The notes beneath the pieces were generated by a model. The model was not told the origin of the DNA and did not search any database. It saw only the letters and a program-made list of their open reading frames with translations. The translations under genes were made by a program, and so were the position numbers. A DNA stretch of 63,738 nt, the filler included. It is 21 parts of 21 records of this genome, joined end to end, with 100 filler letters (N's around TTAATTAATTAA, not from the genome) between each part and the next. Parts side by side here need not be neighbours in the genome. Positions count along the whole stretch, not along the records: positions 10,089 to 12,921 come from SRR36015646_22350; positions 13,022 to 17,682 come from SRR36015646_22386; positions 17,783 to 20,464 come from SRR36015646_22977; positions 20,565 to 23,429 come from SRR36015646_23077; positions 23,530 to 26,544 come from SRR36015646_23095; 16 more parts are not named here. One strand, given 5' to 3'. The first letter of the stretch is position 1. The number at the start of each line of letters is the position of its first letter. This document shows positions 10,447 through 24,254 of this stretch, in pieces.

Positions 10447-12921
10447 TTATTGCTCTAATATTTCTGGATAAACCACATTGTCACAGAAATAAGCCATTTT
10501 GTTGCCAACTGGTAGTTTTTCAGTCAGAATCTTGATGTTACGTTTTGACCCAACTCTTGAGATTGCCACATAGAATTGGCCGTGAGAAAACATCTGTGTT
10601 GGTAGATAGATGCCAATTTTGTGTAATGTCTGTCCTTGAGACTTGTTGGCTGTGACTCCAAATGCCGGAACTACTGGAAATTGGTACCGTTTCATTGTGA
10701 ATGGAAAGAGATTGTCGCTTGGTGACAGTGGAATTTTCGGAATGAATAGGGTCTTGCCGGTGTGCTTTCCACTTGCAATTACCGCCTCAATGATGTGATC
10801 ACCCATGTGCGTTATGATATACCGTGTTCCATTACAATGCCCAGAGCTGGAATCGAAGTTTCTCAGCAGCATTATGCAGGAGCCCTGTTTCAGTCGAAGT
10901 TCGTGTGTAGGAAATCCTGAAGGTGTAAGCTGATTGATAAATTCTAATGGATAGAACTGCTCTTGGTCAACTGTATCCGCGCTCTTGTACACACGTTCTT
11001 CTCCGGGGAATCTCTTCATCATGTGGTCATTGATTTGTTTGACGGCACGATTTGTTGGAGCTATAACGGCCCTATTCGCCAACCATTCGTGGGAATGGCG
11101 GTTTTCGTTGAGCCCATCGAAAACAAAATCACACAGATTGGCCAGGGTTCCTTCAAGGCACATGTCTGGTGGAACCGCCACTTTGTACTCTCCTAGCTCT
11201 TGCTCAATGGGAAGTGTTCCTGAGCCAATATCTTGCAAATATTGAGTGAACATATCTGCCTCTGGTCCTTGGTCAGCATTGGCAACACGCATATTAGTGG
11301 TGAGCTCTAATCGTTCCACGTGTTGCCATAGAGCCGATCTCTTCAGTGTTGCCTCAACAATTTGTGCTCTTCCACCATGTCGCACTACTGGCAGAATCTG
11401 CTTCCAGTCGCCAGCTAGTAATACGGTCATACCTCCGAATGGTTTATCGTTCATCCTGATATCCTTCAGCGAACGGTCAACAGATTCGAATATGTGCCGG
11501 TGGCCCATGGAAACTTCATCAATTACCAACAGATCAGCTTCTTGCAGTAGCTTCCCTGTGGCGTCCCTTCTTGTAACATTGCACATAGATTCTTCCTTGA
11601 TGTCCAAAGGTACTTTTAACCTCGAATGAAGTGTTCGGCCATTGTCTAGCAATGTAGATGCAATAGCTGACATCGCAGTAGCAAGCGCTATCTGTTTCTG
11701 TGATCGTACTTTCGTTAGTATCATGTTGATTGTGTAGGTTTTCCCTGTTCCCCCACTTGCATTGAGGCAGAACATGCGCCCAGCTTTATCAGCCACTGAT
11801 GCAACAACTTTGTCAAATGCTTCCCTCTGTTGATCATTGAGCGTGACCAACTTTTCGTTGAGTGTATCCTTCAGAGATTCAATATCAAACTCAGTTTCTT
11901 CCCGAAGTACTCTTGGAATATTTGCTTGTGCTACAATTGCAGGATCAGGCACTGGTAATCCAAAATGCTTGTGTAAGTCAAGACCTTCCCGTTCGACACG
12001 CTCTTGTATATGTAGCAGCACGGTATGCTTTATGACATCAGTCATTTCATCTACACCTTGTTCCCTCATTAGATCATGTGCTAACGCTCCTTGCCACCTT
12101 TCCCAGAATGCAATTGGATCAGATGGCGTGCAGTATATCATAATAGTTGCAAAGACATCGCGCAGCTGGGGTCCAAATTTCAGCATGGATGCCTCTTCCA
12201 TAGCTTTGTCCTTTTCCATATCATCCTCTAAAAGGCCTAATTTTACACAGGCCCCTTGAAATGACTCAGATTGTTCGCCATCAATACATTTCAGATCATC
12301 AAAAGATGTTGCCCCAGGCTTATTGTGCAGCAACATTCGAAGGAAGTAGAGCTCTGACTGATGCCGACTCAGTGATATTGTTGGAATTCTTCCAAGTGTA
12401 TCTGCCATAATCTTGTTATCTATTGGTGTGCCATGTTTCCTTCGCTGCCACTGTTTCTTTCTTTGGTTCCAAGTGTAATACTTTGGTATATCTGGATACA
12501 ACACATTCCGTGCCTCTGGGTCTCGCTGATTAAGTAAAAAGTAGTCAGTCAATTTAGTGACTGGTGGTTCTTTGTCAGCTACTCGTCTGGCTTCTCCCTC
12601 TTTAAATATGACTGACTGCTCGTCTGGTAAATGGCATTGCAATTTTTCAATGGCTGGCTTCCTGTGATGTATTGGAAACTGGTATATCCGCCAAAAGGCT
12701 TCGCTTGCTGAAATATACCGTGCGTTCACAAATTTCTCTACTTCATTGTGTTGATCGCTAGACTCGCCTCTCACGGTAAAGACAACTCTGTCAGAGCCTT
12801 TGAGAATGTATTTGTAGAGGTATTTGACCGCCTCTACAGAGTGAACCACTTCACAGTTTATGTGAGCTTCATATCGTAAGCACAGGAAAGGATTATATGG
12901 TACAACAAATGAGTTGTCAAC
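10447..12921 (-). mobile_element. Helitron Rep/Helicase, C-terminal part (Pif1-family SF1 helicase), 5'-truncated
   Basis: VKYLYKYILKGSDR, ARYISASEAFWRI, Walker A ASGGTGKT, IDEVSM, GDWKQILPV, CNGTR, NKSQGQTL, HGQFYVAISRV, NVVYPEIL. Confidence 0.95.
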
Positions 12922-13021
12922 NNNNNNNNNNNNNNNNNNNNNNNNNNNNNNNNNNNNNNNNNNNNTTAATTAATTAANNNNNNNNNNNNNNNNNNNNNNN
13001 NNNNNNNNNNNNNNNNNNNNN

Positions 13022-16000
13022 TTTGGCAGAAGAAGAAGAAGTTAACTTTAATCGCTCTGGTAATTGGCAGTACCGAGGCAGGGGACGATATGCGCAGCAA
13101 CAGTTCCGTGGTAGAGGAAATCAACAACAGCAACGATATCCAAACAGGTCGGCAACAGGTTACGATAATCCGGCTTCTTTTTGGAATAGCAGTAAGAGGA
13201 TGAATCGGCTTGGGACAGATGGTAATCCTTTGCGGTGTCGAAGCTGTGGGTCCGTCCGTCATCTTCTCCGTGATTGCCCAGACTCTTATGAAAGCATGAT
13301 GAATAAGTCATCAGACAATAAAGACAGTAACGTTAATAAGGTGGTATTGTTAACAGGTAGTGGTACAAATGAAAAACGCACTCTTTTACAAGAGAGCATG
13401 TACTCAGCTATTCTAGATAGTGGGTGTACCTCCACAGTAGCAGGTAAATTTTGGGTTGATAGTTTTGTAGATAGTTTGTCAGATGAAAAACGAGCAGGAG
13501 TGAGTGAGTCACACAGTGACACATTATTTAAATTTGGAAGTGATGATACATACAAATCTCTAAAGAAGGTAAAATTGCCATGCCAAATGGCAGGTGTCTC
13601 TTGTGACATAGTAACAGATGTCATAAACAGTGAAATACCTCTTCTTTTGAGCAAACCTGCCATGAAAAAGGCAAAGGTAAAGTTAGATTTGGAAAACGAT
13701 AAAGCATCTATTTTTGGAGTAGAGACAGATTTAAGTTGTACCTCTTCGGGGCATTATTGTTTACCCATTTTTGATTATGATCTGCATGTGCAAGATTGCT
13801 TAGCAGTGCTAGAAGGTAACAGTGATGTTCAGGATAAGAACATTCAACAAATTGTTTTGAAATTACACAAACAATTTGCCCATCCGTCTGTCAAACGTCT
13901 CAAATCCTTGATGCAAGATGCTGGTTTGCAAATGGGTGTTTATGACAAAGTTGTGGAAGATGTTACAAATTCATGTGATGCATGTAAAAAATACAAGAAA
14001 AGTCCATCTAGGTCTGTTGTTTGTCTACCCCTTGCATCCGACTTTAATGATGTTGTTGCACTGGATTTGAAATTTTGGCGATACGGTTTGTACATTTTGC
14101 ACATGATTGATTTGGCGACTAGGTTTAGTCTAGCTTCAATCATACGTCAAAAACTGCCTGAAATTATTGTGCAGAAAATCATGATGCTGTGGATTGGTAG
14201 TGGTTTTGGCGTGCCCCATAAATTCTTGTGTGATAATGGCGGTGAATTTGCCAATGATGTCTTTCGTGATGTTGCAGGTAATTTGAACATTGAAGTCATG
14301 AATACAGCAGCGCATAGTCCTTGGCAGAATGGCATCTGTGAAAGGAATCATGCCATAGTCGATGAATGCATTTTGAAACAGTTAGAAGATAATCCTAAAA
14401 CAGATTTGGAAACTGCATTAGTTTGGGCGATAAATGCCAAGAATTCTCTCCAAATGGTGTCAGGATACAGTCCTTATCAACTGGTCTTTGGTCGCAATCC
14501 GAATCTACCATCTGTCTTGTTTGATAGGCCACCTGCACTTCATGGCACAACGATCAGTGAGATCTTTGCTAACCATTTGAATGCTTTACACAACAGCAGA
14601 AAGCATTACATAATGGCAGAATCATCTGAACGGATACGTAAAGCACTACGTCACCAACTCAGAGCAGTTTCTACATCATTTGAGCAAGGTGAGAAAGTCT
14701 ACTACAAACGTGACAATTCTAGTAAGTGGAATGGTCCAGGAAAGATCATTGGTCAGGACGGAAAGATAATTTTTGTCAGACATGGTAGTGTATATGTACG
14801 TGTTCCAATTACTCACGTTCAGAAGCTGAATGAAGATTCTACAAGAAGCATCAACAACGGTGATGACAAGAATGTAACAGATGAAGCCAAAGAAGAAAAT
14901 GTAGGTGAGAAAAGTACCGACAATCAGCATCAGAATGTTGGCATAGAATCAGAAGATGAAAATGATAAACCGAGAATAGAAATCGGTGAAGCAGACAATT
15001 CTGATCAAGTAGATCAACCTAACACTATACCAAGGAATCTTAATGGGAAACCAAATTTACCCAAACCTTCTCAAGTTATTGAATATCGTAAGGTGGACTC
15101 GGAAGACTGGGTAAAATCAACAATAGTCAGTCGTGGAGGCAAAAGCACAGGCCGAAATTTTGCGTACTTTAATTTGAGAGATGTCGCCTCAAATGCCGAG
15201 TATGGCATCGACTTTGTGAAAGATATAGCAGAATGGAAACTTTGCACTGAGAATGAGGCTGATGAAAAAGCAGAAGAAGTTTTTCTTCTAGGTAAAGAGC
15301 AGGACAGCAAGCCGGTGCAGGAAGCTAAGAAGGTGGAACTTGAAAGTTGGAGATTTTTTGGAGTTTACAGTGAAGTGAATGATGATGGTCAACCTTTCGT
15401 CAACTCAAGATGGGTGATAACGGAAAAATCTTTGAATAGCGAAATAATCAAGAAGGCCAGACTTGTAGCTCGCGGATTCGAGGAAGACACTAACATAAGT
15501 AAAGATTCGCCTACAGCAACAAAGGAATCTCTTCGTTTATTTATGTCTTTGGCTGCCTCTATGTTTGGGAAATGCGAAACGATTGACATTAAAGCGGCAT
15601 TCCTCCAAGGAAATAAAATAGAACGTGAAGTTTATCTTCGTCCTCCTAAAGATGTAGCTCAGCCTGGTAAGTTGTGGAAGTTGCATAAGTGTGTTTATGG
15701 TCTGGTGGATGCTTCTCGTCAGTGGTATTTTGCAGTGTGTGACGAACTTAAACAGAATGGTTGTACCGCATTGACCACAGATCCTGCATTCTATTTTTGG
15801 CACAATGGTTTGCGACTTGAGGGACTTTTGCTGATGCATGTTGATGATTTTGTGTGGTGTGGTACTGATTGTTTTGAGTCGAATGTGATTCTTAGCTTGA
15901 AAAGAAAATTCACTTTCGGTCGTCAAGAACGTCAGGCATTCAAATATGTTGGTCTGGAAGTCAGGCATGAAGATAATGCAATTGTCTTAAATCAAGACAA

Positions 16001-16769
16001 TTATGCTAGTTCTGTGTCAAACATAAATTTTGTTGAGGAAGACAAAATGAACCAAAAACATCTAAGAGAATTAGTTGGGCAATTAAACTGGTTAAGTCAG
16101 CAAACAAGGCCTGATATATCTTATGATGTATTGTCTCTAAGCATGTGTGTAAAACAACCAAACCGCAAGGTTATCTCAGATGCTAATAAGGTTGTTTCCA
16201 GAATAAAGGCTAAATCTGTGCAGTTGAAATTCATTCCGTTAGGGGACATAAATAAATGTAAGCTTGTTGTGTTTTCAGATGCAGCATTTGCAAATCTCCC
16301 GGATGGTGCCTCAAGTGGTATGGGGTATCTTGTGTTCCTTGTGGGTGCCAATAATAATTGTAGTTTGTTAAGTTGGGCATCTAAAAAAATTAGACGCGTT
16401 GTGAAAAGCACAATAGCAGCAGAGACCCTAGCTTTAGTGGAAGCAATTGATGCTGCATACAATATCAGTACAATGATGTCTGTCATGTTATCCAACTGCA
16501 CAAGTGTTAACAACATGATTCCTATTGTATGTTTCATAGACAATCGTTCTCTCTTTGAAAGTATTCACTCTACCTCACAAGTGGCAGAAAAGCGTCTGAG
16601 GATTGATATTGCTTACATTAAGCAAATGTTAGAACGTAAGGAGATTTCCATGATTAAATGGATCCCAGCACAATGTCAGTTATCTGATGTTCTAACCAAA
16701 AAAGGTGTATGTGCAGATAAGCTACTAGATGTACTGCATAACGGACAACTTTCAATGTATGACTTGTAG
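13022..16769 (+). mobile_element. Ty1/copia (GalEa-like) gag-pol: Zn knuckle, protease, integrase, RT, RNase H; 5'-truncated
   Basis: CRSCGSVRHLLRDC, ILDSGCT, HKQFAH...CDAC, DNGGEF, SPWQNGICER, KARLVARGFEE, DIKAAFLQG, HVDDF, FSDAAF, LSDVLTK. Integrase precedes RT (copia order). Confidence 0.93.
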
Positions 16770-16834
16770 ATAGAATAAGTCTTCAAAAGGGTTCAAAATA
16801 AAAGATTCTCAGATAAAGAAAGAACAGGGGAATC

Positions 16835-17102
16835 TGTGAACTATCAGCTTTAATTTATATTTAGTTATTATTGTAATTTTATTTATCATTCTCTTTATTT
16901 CTTATTATTAACGTACTTCTCTGTCTTTACTTTCAGATATGTGGGGCTTAATTTCTACTGACAATTGAATCTACATAATGTTACATCAATGGTGTTAGCG
17001 TCTATGTTATTGAGTACTGTAGCGTATAGCGTGTAACTAAAGATATTAGTGTTAGTGGTGTCCAGTGACTATCCCGTCCAGCGTTAGCGTCCAGCGTTCT
17101 CA
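16835..17102 (+). repeat. Single LTR (268 bp) of the copia element, with PPT upstream and PBS downstream
   Basis: PPT-like AAAGAAAGAACAGGGGAA (16815-16832). TG...CA ends with imperfect inverted termini TGTGAAC/GTTCTCA. Followed directly by TGGTAGCAG (17103-17111), complementary to the 3' end of animal initiator tRNA-Met. Confidence 0.75.
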
Positions 17103-17112
17103 TGGTAGCAGC

Positions 17113-17682
17113 ATGAGTAGTTCAAGCTACAAAGCCCCACCAGCGTTCAGTGACAGTAAGCCGTACTCACGGTGGATTGAAGAAGTGAAAGCGTGGCAAG
17201 TCGTTACCGATTTGGATAAGAAAAAACAGGGTCTTGCTTTAGCGTTATCATTGCCCGAAAATGATGCAAATGGCATTCGAGACAAAGTGTTTAGCGAACT
17301 TTCAGTGGATACCTTAAATGTGGATGATGGCGTCGGAAAAGTCATAGCGTATATGGACAAAATCTACAAACAAGATTCGTTGGCAGAAGCGTACGAAGTG
17401 TATACCACGTTCGACAGATATAAGCGAAACAATGGAGCGTCCATTGAGCAATACATTGCAGAATTTGAACGTCTCTACAACAAAACGGTGAAACATGATA
17501 TGAAGCTACCCCAAGCAATTCAGGCGTTTAAATTGCTTGATGGCGCACACCTAGAGACAAAAGAGCGCCAACTTGTACTTACGGGTGTTGATTATGAAAA
17601 GACTGATTCTTTATTTAGTCAGATGAGTAATTCATTGAAGAAATTCTTGGGTGTTCAGGCGAAAAGCGTACCGAGAACTGGA
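17113..17682 (+). CDS. Copia (GalEa-like) Gag N-terminus, 3'-truncated
   Basis: ATG directly after the PBS; MSSSSYKAPPAF...YSRWIEEVKAW...KKKQGLALALSLP...IEQYIAEFERLY...AFKLLDGAHL. Confidence 0.85.
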
Positions 17683-18136
17683 NNNNNNNNNNNNNNNNNN
17701 NNNNNNNNNNNNNNNNNNNNNNNNNNTTAATTAATTAANNNNNNNNNNNNNNNNNNNNNNNNNNNNNNNNNNNNNNNNNNNNTGCACCTTACAATTAATC
17801 ATAACAAAATAGTTTGTCTATGTCTATTGACATATTTTGAGTAATGATACAGTTTATATATCCTGCAAACTTTACAATTGTTTCTAGCATAAATTTTGTG
17901 CTTAAAATTTCGCCTACAGTTGAACTGTAATTCACTTTCATGTTGACGATTCGGCCATCGTCATCCGTTCTTCACTTTTATTGAATTATGTGTTGAAATA
18001 GTTTGACTGTTGAAATTATATATAAGTTAGATTGTCATAACTTAGACTACACAATTTTTCATTATAGACATGACTACACAGTTTTCATCATTAGACCTGG
18101 TGTTCGTCAAGTATATACGTGTTACTTTGTACAAAT

Positions 18137-20464
18137 TTACAATTGCATATGAAATTTTCCTCTCTGTAAGACGTCTAACAACAAATTACCTGATGCCCCT
18201 CTCTTTGTTAGTACATTAGCGAGCATAACTGCACCGGGTACCCACTTTACCCACTTAATCAAACCTTTTTCAATGGTTTCTTTGATTATTCCTGTATCAA
18301 TACGAAGACGCTTATCGTCTACAGACTTAGTGGAATATATAGCATCTACAACAGATTTGCTATCCACAATCATGCCAATGGGTAAATCCTTCACTGATAA
18401 CCCAGTTAACTCCAGGATCATGTGACGCAAAAAGATCCCATGTTCTACTGCATCTGACAAACTCAACATTTCGGCAGCTAATGTTGATTTTACAACCCTT
18501 TTTACTTTATTACAAGCCCATCCAATAACACAACATTGAGTGTCTTGTCCCAATAGAAACACAATGTGTGCTCCAACACTGGAAATGCCATCATCCATAT
18601 TAGCATGTGCCGCATCCGACATAATGACTATTGTCCATCCTTTATTACCTCCCAAATCTGGAAAGCAAATAGATGCCTTTGATCTCTTCACCTTGGCTAT
18701 GTTCTTGTTTGCTCGTTGAAGATCACTTACAGTTGCTACCTTAAACTTCCTGCTCATATCCATAACTTCAAAAGCCATGTCCGGACGTGTACCTTGTGCT
18801 GCCCAGTTCAATTTTCCAACAAGTGCTCTGTACTGTGTAAGCTCTTTTTTATCCAGCAAGTCGTCCTTTTGAAGATTGCGTCCAGGTGACAAAATAGACT
18901 CATTCATATCATGCACATATTTCTCCTGGTCAACTATAATGCATGATTCTTCTTGGACAATATCAAATCCAACATACATGAACTGACTCTCCTGTTGAGA
19001 TCCAGGAAGAAATCGTTGTCTGAGCTTATTCATAACTGCATTTTCAAATGTGTCGTTGCCGCAGTACAAGAAATCATCAATATGTGTGATGATAATACCA
19101 TCTGTCTTCATAAAGAAGAGAGCTGGATCGCAGATTGATTGCTTCAATCCTAATTTCAGCAACTCATCTCTCACACTGTCATAGAATTGTCTAGCCGCAT
19201 CTGCTAGTCCATAGAGGCACTTTTTGAGTTTCCATACATGACCTTGTGGTGTACATGCTTCTGGAGGCGGTATTAGATAGACATCCCGAGTCATTTCTTT
19301 CCCTTGAAGGAAGGCAGACATAATATCTGTGCTTCGTATCATCCAGTGATTGCTAGCCGCTATAGTTAGCAAAATCCGTAGTGCAGTTTTATTGAAGGTA
19401 GGCGAGTCCTTATTAGGAACATCATCTTCTTCAAAACCCCTGGCAACAAGCCTAGCTTTTACACCTTTTGCTTTGCGACATACAACCCATGTTGTTGAAA
19501 TACATGTTTGTCCAGTGTCCGGAACTTCCATGAACACATCAAACCTCTTGAGTTTCTTTAGTTCCTCCTGTTTAGCCTGAATACATTCATCCTGGTGATG
19601 TTCATGTCTTGGGATTTGGACAACATTAATTTCTTCTACTTTGTGCCAGTCGGCAATTGTGCTCAAATCAATGCTCCTACTTTGACCGTCTTCATCTTCG
19701 ATATTAAACCAACTTTTGGTAGCTGTGTTTGCCTTCCCTGCTCTGCTCAAAATGCATGCCTTCTTCCAGTCATCATCATTATTAACTTTGTATTCAATTG
19801 TATCGTTTTTCTTGACATTTGATACAATTGATGCGTGTCGCTGTAACGGTAGCCCTACATCATTTTGCATGGCATCATCATGTTGTTGTGCATTATCTTG
19901 CATTACAAGTTTATCTTCTTGTTTTCCAATTTCTTCTCTTATCTTTTGCGTTACTGGCGGCACAATTTTGTCTGTAATCTCTTGTGCTTGTTTATCGTCA
20001 TGCTTGACAACCTCGTCATTTTGGGAATCATACTCTTTACCATCTTTCAACAATCTATTTGTTGATACTCTGACGTAAACGCCGCCATGTCTCACAAATA
20101 CAAGTTTGCCATCTTGAAAAATGACTTTGCCTGGACCTAACCATTTGTTACTTCCATCACGTTTGTAAAAAACGGTGTCACCGGGTTCGAATCGTTCCTC
20201 CACAGCTCTAATCTTATGCCGAAGAGCTCGTCTAATTCTTTCATCTGCCTCACACTGAATGAATGCACGCCTTGCTGAATGTAAAGCGTTAAGGTGTTCG
20301 TGCAGCACATCACTGGTTGTTACACCTTGAAGGCCCGGAACCTTTTCTGACATAATGTTGGGCAAGTTGGGGTTTTTGCCCAGCACCAGCTGATAGCTGC
20401 TGAAACCGTTCCACATCTGCAGTGAATTCTTGGCCACATTTGCCCATATCAGTAACGTGTTGAT
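18137..20464 (-). mobile_element. Second Ty1/copia (GalEa-like) pol fragment (integrase C-terminus, RT, RNase H)
   Basis: AKNSLQMWNGFSSYQLVLGKNPNLP, KARLVARGFEE, HIDDF, KRVVKSTLAAE, DKRLRID. Collinear with 13022-16769. Confidence 0.93.
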
Positions 20465-20564
20465 NNNNNNNNNNNNNNNNNNNNNNNNNNNNNNNNNNNN
20501 NNNNNNNNTTAATTAATTAANNNNNNNNNNNNNNNNNNNNNNNNNNNNNNNNNNNNNNNNNNNN

Positions 20565-22618
20565 ATCATACTATAGAAATTTCCCCCAACATTGAAGTTT
20601 AGTAATTTATGGTAAAGCCCATCACGAAAGACACTATCAAATGCCTTTCGAAAATCAATAAAACATGCATAAAGTTTTTTGCCATTTTTTCTAATATACT
20701 TATCCAGAAGGCTTTTTAAGATAAAAACACTGTCATTTGTGCGGTGTTTCGGTTTGAATCCAAACTGTAATGAGCTTAGTTTAGATTTTACATGAGCATA
20801 TAAACGGGTACACATGATAGCTAGGAATAACTTCCCTAATACGCTCGTGAGTGCAATACCGCGATAATTACTTGGATCGGTGACATCATCAGACTTATAC
20901 AATGGCACAGTTAAACATTCAGCCCAGCTAGAGGGAAATATTCCAGACGCTAAAACTAAATTAAATAATTTGCCGATGTGTGGGGCTAAAATATGTTTAC
21001 CACTTTTAAGTGCATCACCTAAAATGTGATCTGGGCCGGATGCCTTGGAATTTTTTATGTTTTTAAGAGCGGCTAATACTTCTTCAATGGTTATGTTATA
21101 GTCGAGTAATTTATTGTTTTTCATGGCTTTTTCCAGTTCTTTTAGTTCCTCTGTAACGGTTGTTTGGAAATTATTGTTTCGTTTATTGACGGAAGCATCA
21201 AGATTTTCAAAATAGTTCACCCATTCTTCAGGTAATATGCCATCGGCTAAAGGGTCACTTTTATCATCATCTAGTTGCTTTACCAAGTTCCACAACTGTG
21301 TGGCATCTTTTCCATCAAGGGATGACATTTGGTTAATAATGTTACGCTTAAAATCGCTTTTTGTGTTAGCTAATATTTTTTTGTATTGCTTCCTACAAAG
21401 GAAATATTGGCCTCTAATGTATGGATTTGTAGGTTGCTGTGTGAAAAACTTAGCCGCCAGTTTTAGTTGCTTTTTTGCTTCATAGCAGGTAGTGTCATAC
21501 CAATTTTGTTTGGGCGTGTTTTTATGTTTATTTGGTTTACCTCTACGCTTTGGCACATAGTTGACGCTAGAAAAACAGGCTGTATTAATAACAGATGTCA
21601 GTTGCAATGTTGCATCGTTGACACATTTACCATCCAAAACTGCAGGGACGTGCCGCAGGTAATTTTCTAATTCGCGCTGCACACGGGGTTGCTGTATGAT
21701 TGAGTTAAATTTGTCAGCTGATTCAGATGTCCATTTGAGTTTTGTAGGGGCTGGTAGCAAATTAGAAGCACTATGAATATTATTAAATGTCATACACTTT
21801 ATGTCACAAGAGATAGCTGCATGGTCAGAGTGCATTGTCAGGTCTCCCACATTAAAATATTGTATATCAGACACAAGGGTGGCGCTAGCTACCATGTAGT
21901 CGACTACACTGCAGCCCGATGGCTTAAAACATGTAAAACGACCCATATGATCACCTAGCTTCCTACCATTTAAAATTGTTAAGTCCGCAGCGACACATAA
22001 ATCTAAAAACTCATCACACTTTGCAGTAACTTTTGTATCTTGCGAAGTCCTTTTAATGTTATATATCGGTATCCCAACATCATAGTTAGGCAGAAGCTGC
22101 GTGTTTTTGTCATTAATTAAAAGTTCCTGCTTTTTGCCAATTCTTACATTAAAGTCTCCCATCAAAAGGACATCACCCAAGCGACTGAAGCGCTGCATGT
22201 CTCCAGTTAATTGGTCAAAAAATGATTCAGCCGAAATTTTTGATTTATAAATAGATGCTAGAAAAATATCTTTTCGTGTATTAAAAAAATGTTTGTCTAA
22301 TTTGAGCCACATGATATCCGGGTTAGAGTTTTTAACTAAGGTCACGCCCTTTTTCAAATTACTTTTTACATATATTATAATTCCTCCCGAATTTTTAAAA
22401 GCTGATTTATGTTTCTTTCTGACGGACTGGTAGTGTGCATAGCCTTTAATCCCCACTCGACTGGAGTGAGTCGTCCACGTTTCACACAGTGACACAATAT
22501 CATATTCATTTAAAATATTTATAAAGTCTGGATCCTGTAATTTTTCGGGCCTACGCTCAAGGTTTGAGCCAAGGCCCCAACAATTCCAGGACCCAATGTG
22601 CAAGAATGCCTTGGACAT
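20565..22618 (-). mobile_element. Non-LTR retrotransposon ORF2 (APE + RT, 3'-truncated)
   Basis: SWNCWGL, LCETW, MGDFNVRIG, SVVDY, SDH; KASGPDHI, NYRGIAL, QFGFKP, FIDFRKAFDSV. First ATG at about 22618 (the track starts at an upstream TTG, 22675). Confidence 0.92.
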
Positions 22619-23118
22619 AGGATGCGAATATTGGAAAGTATAAACAACTGAATATACATAACATACAGTTAACAAAACCTAGTAAATCTCTACTCACAAT
22701 TTGCTTAAAATACCACAAATACCAGCGGGTAACAAATAAGTCACCTTCTGGCTATAGCACCAATAATGAATAAAGATAACAATAAAAAAAGTTATTCCTA
22801 GAATCACACAAATACCGCTCAAAGTTTGAGCCAAGTACCATCTACCAAACCAAAGATAGATAATCACTCTAAATGTTATTACCTATTCCAATATGGGTGA
22901 ATCAGAGAGCAGAGTTAAAGCATGCCAGTGTCGTTATTATAATACAATACTACTGGTATATAAATACCCGAAATACTATAGCTATGTAAATTACATATTT
23001 TAGATTATAATGAGTAAGTTACTATACTATGTAAATACACATAAATACACATAAAATTCTATGTAGCTACCATATTTTAGGCACCCAGTAATCAAGTTGA
23101 TCAAACGCGAACTATTTC

Positions 23119-23429
23119 TCACGCATAATAGGGATAATTTGGTTTCACATTGTACCAGTGACTTGGATCTAGGGGCGCATAACCATTATGTAATTTTTGC
23201 CAGCCCTCACGTGGCATTGCAGGGCGAGTAGAACCTACATGTAAATCTAGAGGTGCATAGCGGTTTGGTAACTTTGGCCAGTCATTATGTGATAGTGTTG
23301 GGTACACATTATAATTTTCATAATCCATGTTTAATCTTGTTGTGGGGCGCATATTATGATTTTGGTAATCAATGTTCACTGGGGGTGTATGTTGCACACT
23401 ATAGTTTTGAAAATCAGTGTTCACTGGTG
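23119..23429 (-). CDS. Probable C-terminal tail of the LINE ORF1, with degenerate peptide repeats
   Basis: Same strand as ORF2 and about 500 bp upstream. Three N(T/I/M)D(F/Y)(Q/E)N(Y/H) repeats at 15-aa spacing and two W.KL.N.YAPLD repeats. Confidence 0.5.
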
Positions 23430-23529
23430 NNNNNNNNNNNNNNNNNNNNNNNNNNNNNNNNNNNNNNNNNNNNTTAATTAATTAANNNNNNNNNNNNNNN
23501 NNNNNNNNNNNNNNNNNNNNNNNNNNNNN

Positions 23530-24045
23530 TTCGACAGAGGGGGTCAAATTTTCAAAAAATTTCAAAAAATGAATTTTTTTCAATATTTAACAGATTTAAG
23601 TTGGCCAATGAAATAATCACTTTGATGAATATCATTGGCTTCCAAGCAATTTTTCTATACTTTTGGGGATGAATATACACGGTAACCATTTTCTTTGCTC
23701 TAACCATTTAGGAAGGGGTTCGACAGACGGGGTAAAATTTTCAAAAAGTGATTTTTTTTCAATATTTAGCAGATTTACGTAGGCCAATAAAACAACCACT
23801 TTGATGAACATCAGTGGCTTTCATGCATTTTTGATACTTAACTGAGTTGATGAATATACATTGTAATAGTTTTCTTTGTTCTAGTCCTTTACTACGGGGT
23901 TAGACAGCGGGGGTCAAGTTTTAAAAAAATGCGTTTTTTGTGTGCAAATTTAACAAAATTACGTAAATATATAAAACAAGCCCATTGATGAGTATCATTG
24001 GATTCCATGCACGTCTTGATACTTTAGGGTATGAATATGCATTAC
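23530..24045. repeat. Three degenerate tandem units of about 185 bp, probably subterminal repeats of the adjacent DNA transposon
   Basis: Units start TT(C/A)GACAG..GGGGT(C/A)AA at 23530, 23719 and 23900, each with TTGATGA...ATCA.TGG.TT and GATGAATAT-like segments. Confidence 0.85.
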
Positions 24046-24254
24046 TGGAAGATCTGACATTTGAGAGACTATTTAAGTGTAATTTTCCAAAATATTTAAA
24101 ACGTGTGACAATAAAACAATAACGCGAATGTATCTTTAAACTATATTCAAGATTAAGTAGCTTATCTAATTTTCAGCAACAAAGCTTGATTGCGATATTC
24201 ATCTTGTAATTATGTTTAGCATGGCAATCATGAAGTTCACATAGATTTGTATGA

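Noticed and set aside
17935-17968. Hammerhead-like GATGA-stem-GAAA in the copia 3' UTR
   Set aside because: The core is CGGATGA rather than CTGATGA, and GAAA does not abut the stem.
23530-24045. CRISPR-like or satellite array
   Set aside because: Three degenerate units of about 185 bp without unique spacers, next to a eukaryotic transposase; better explained as subterminal repeats.
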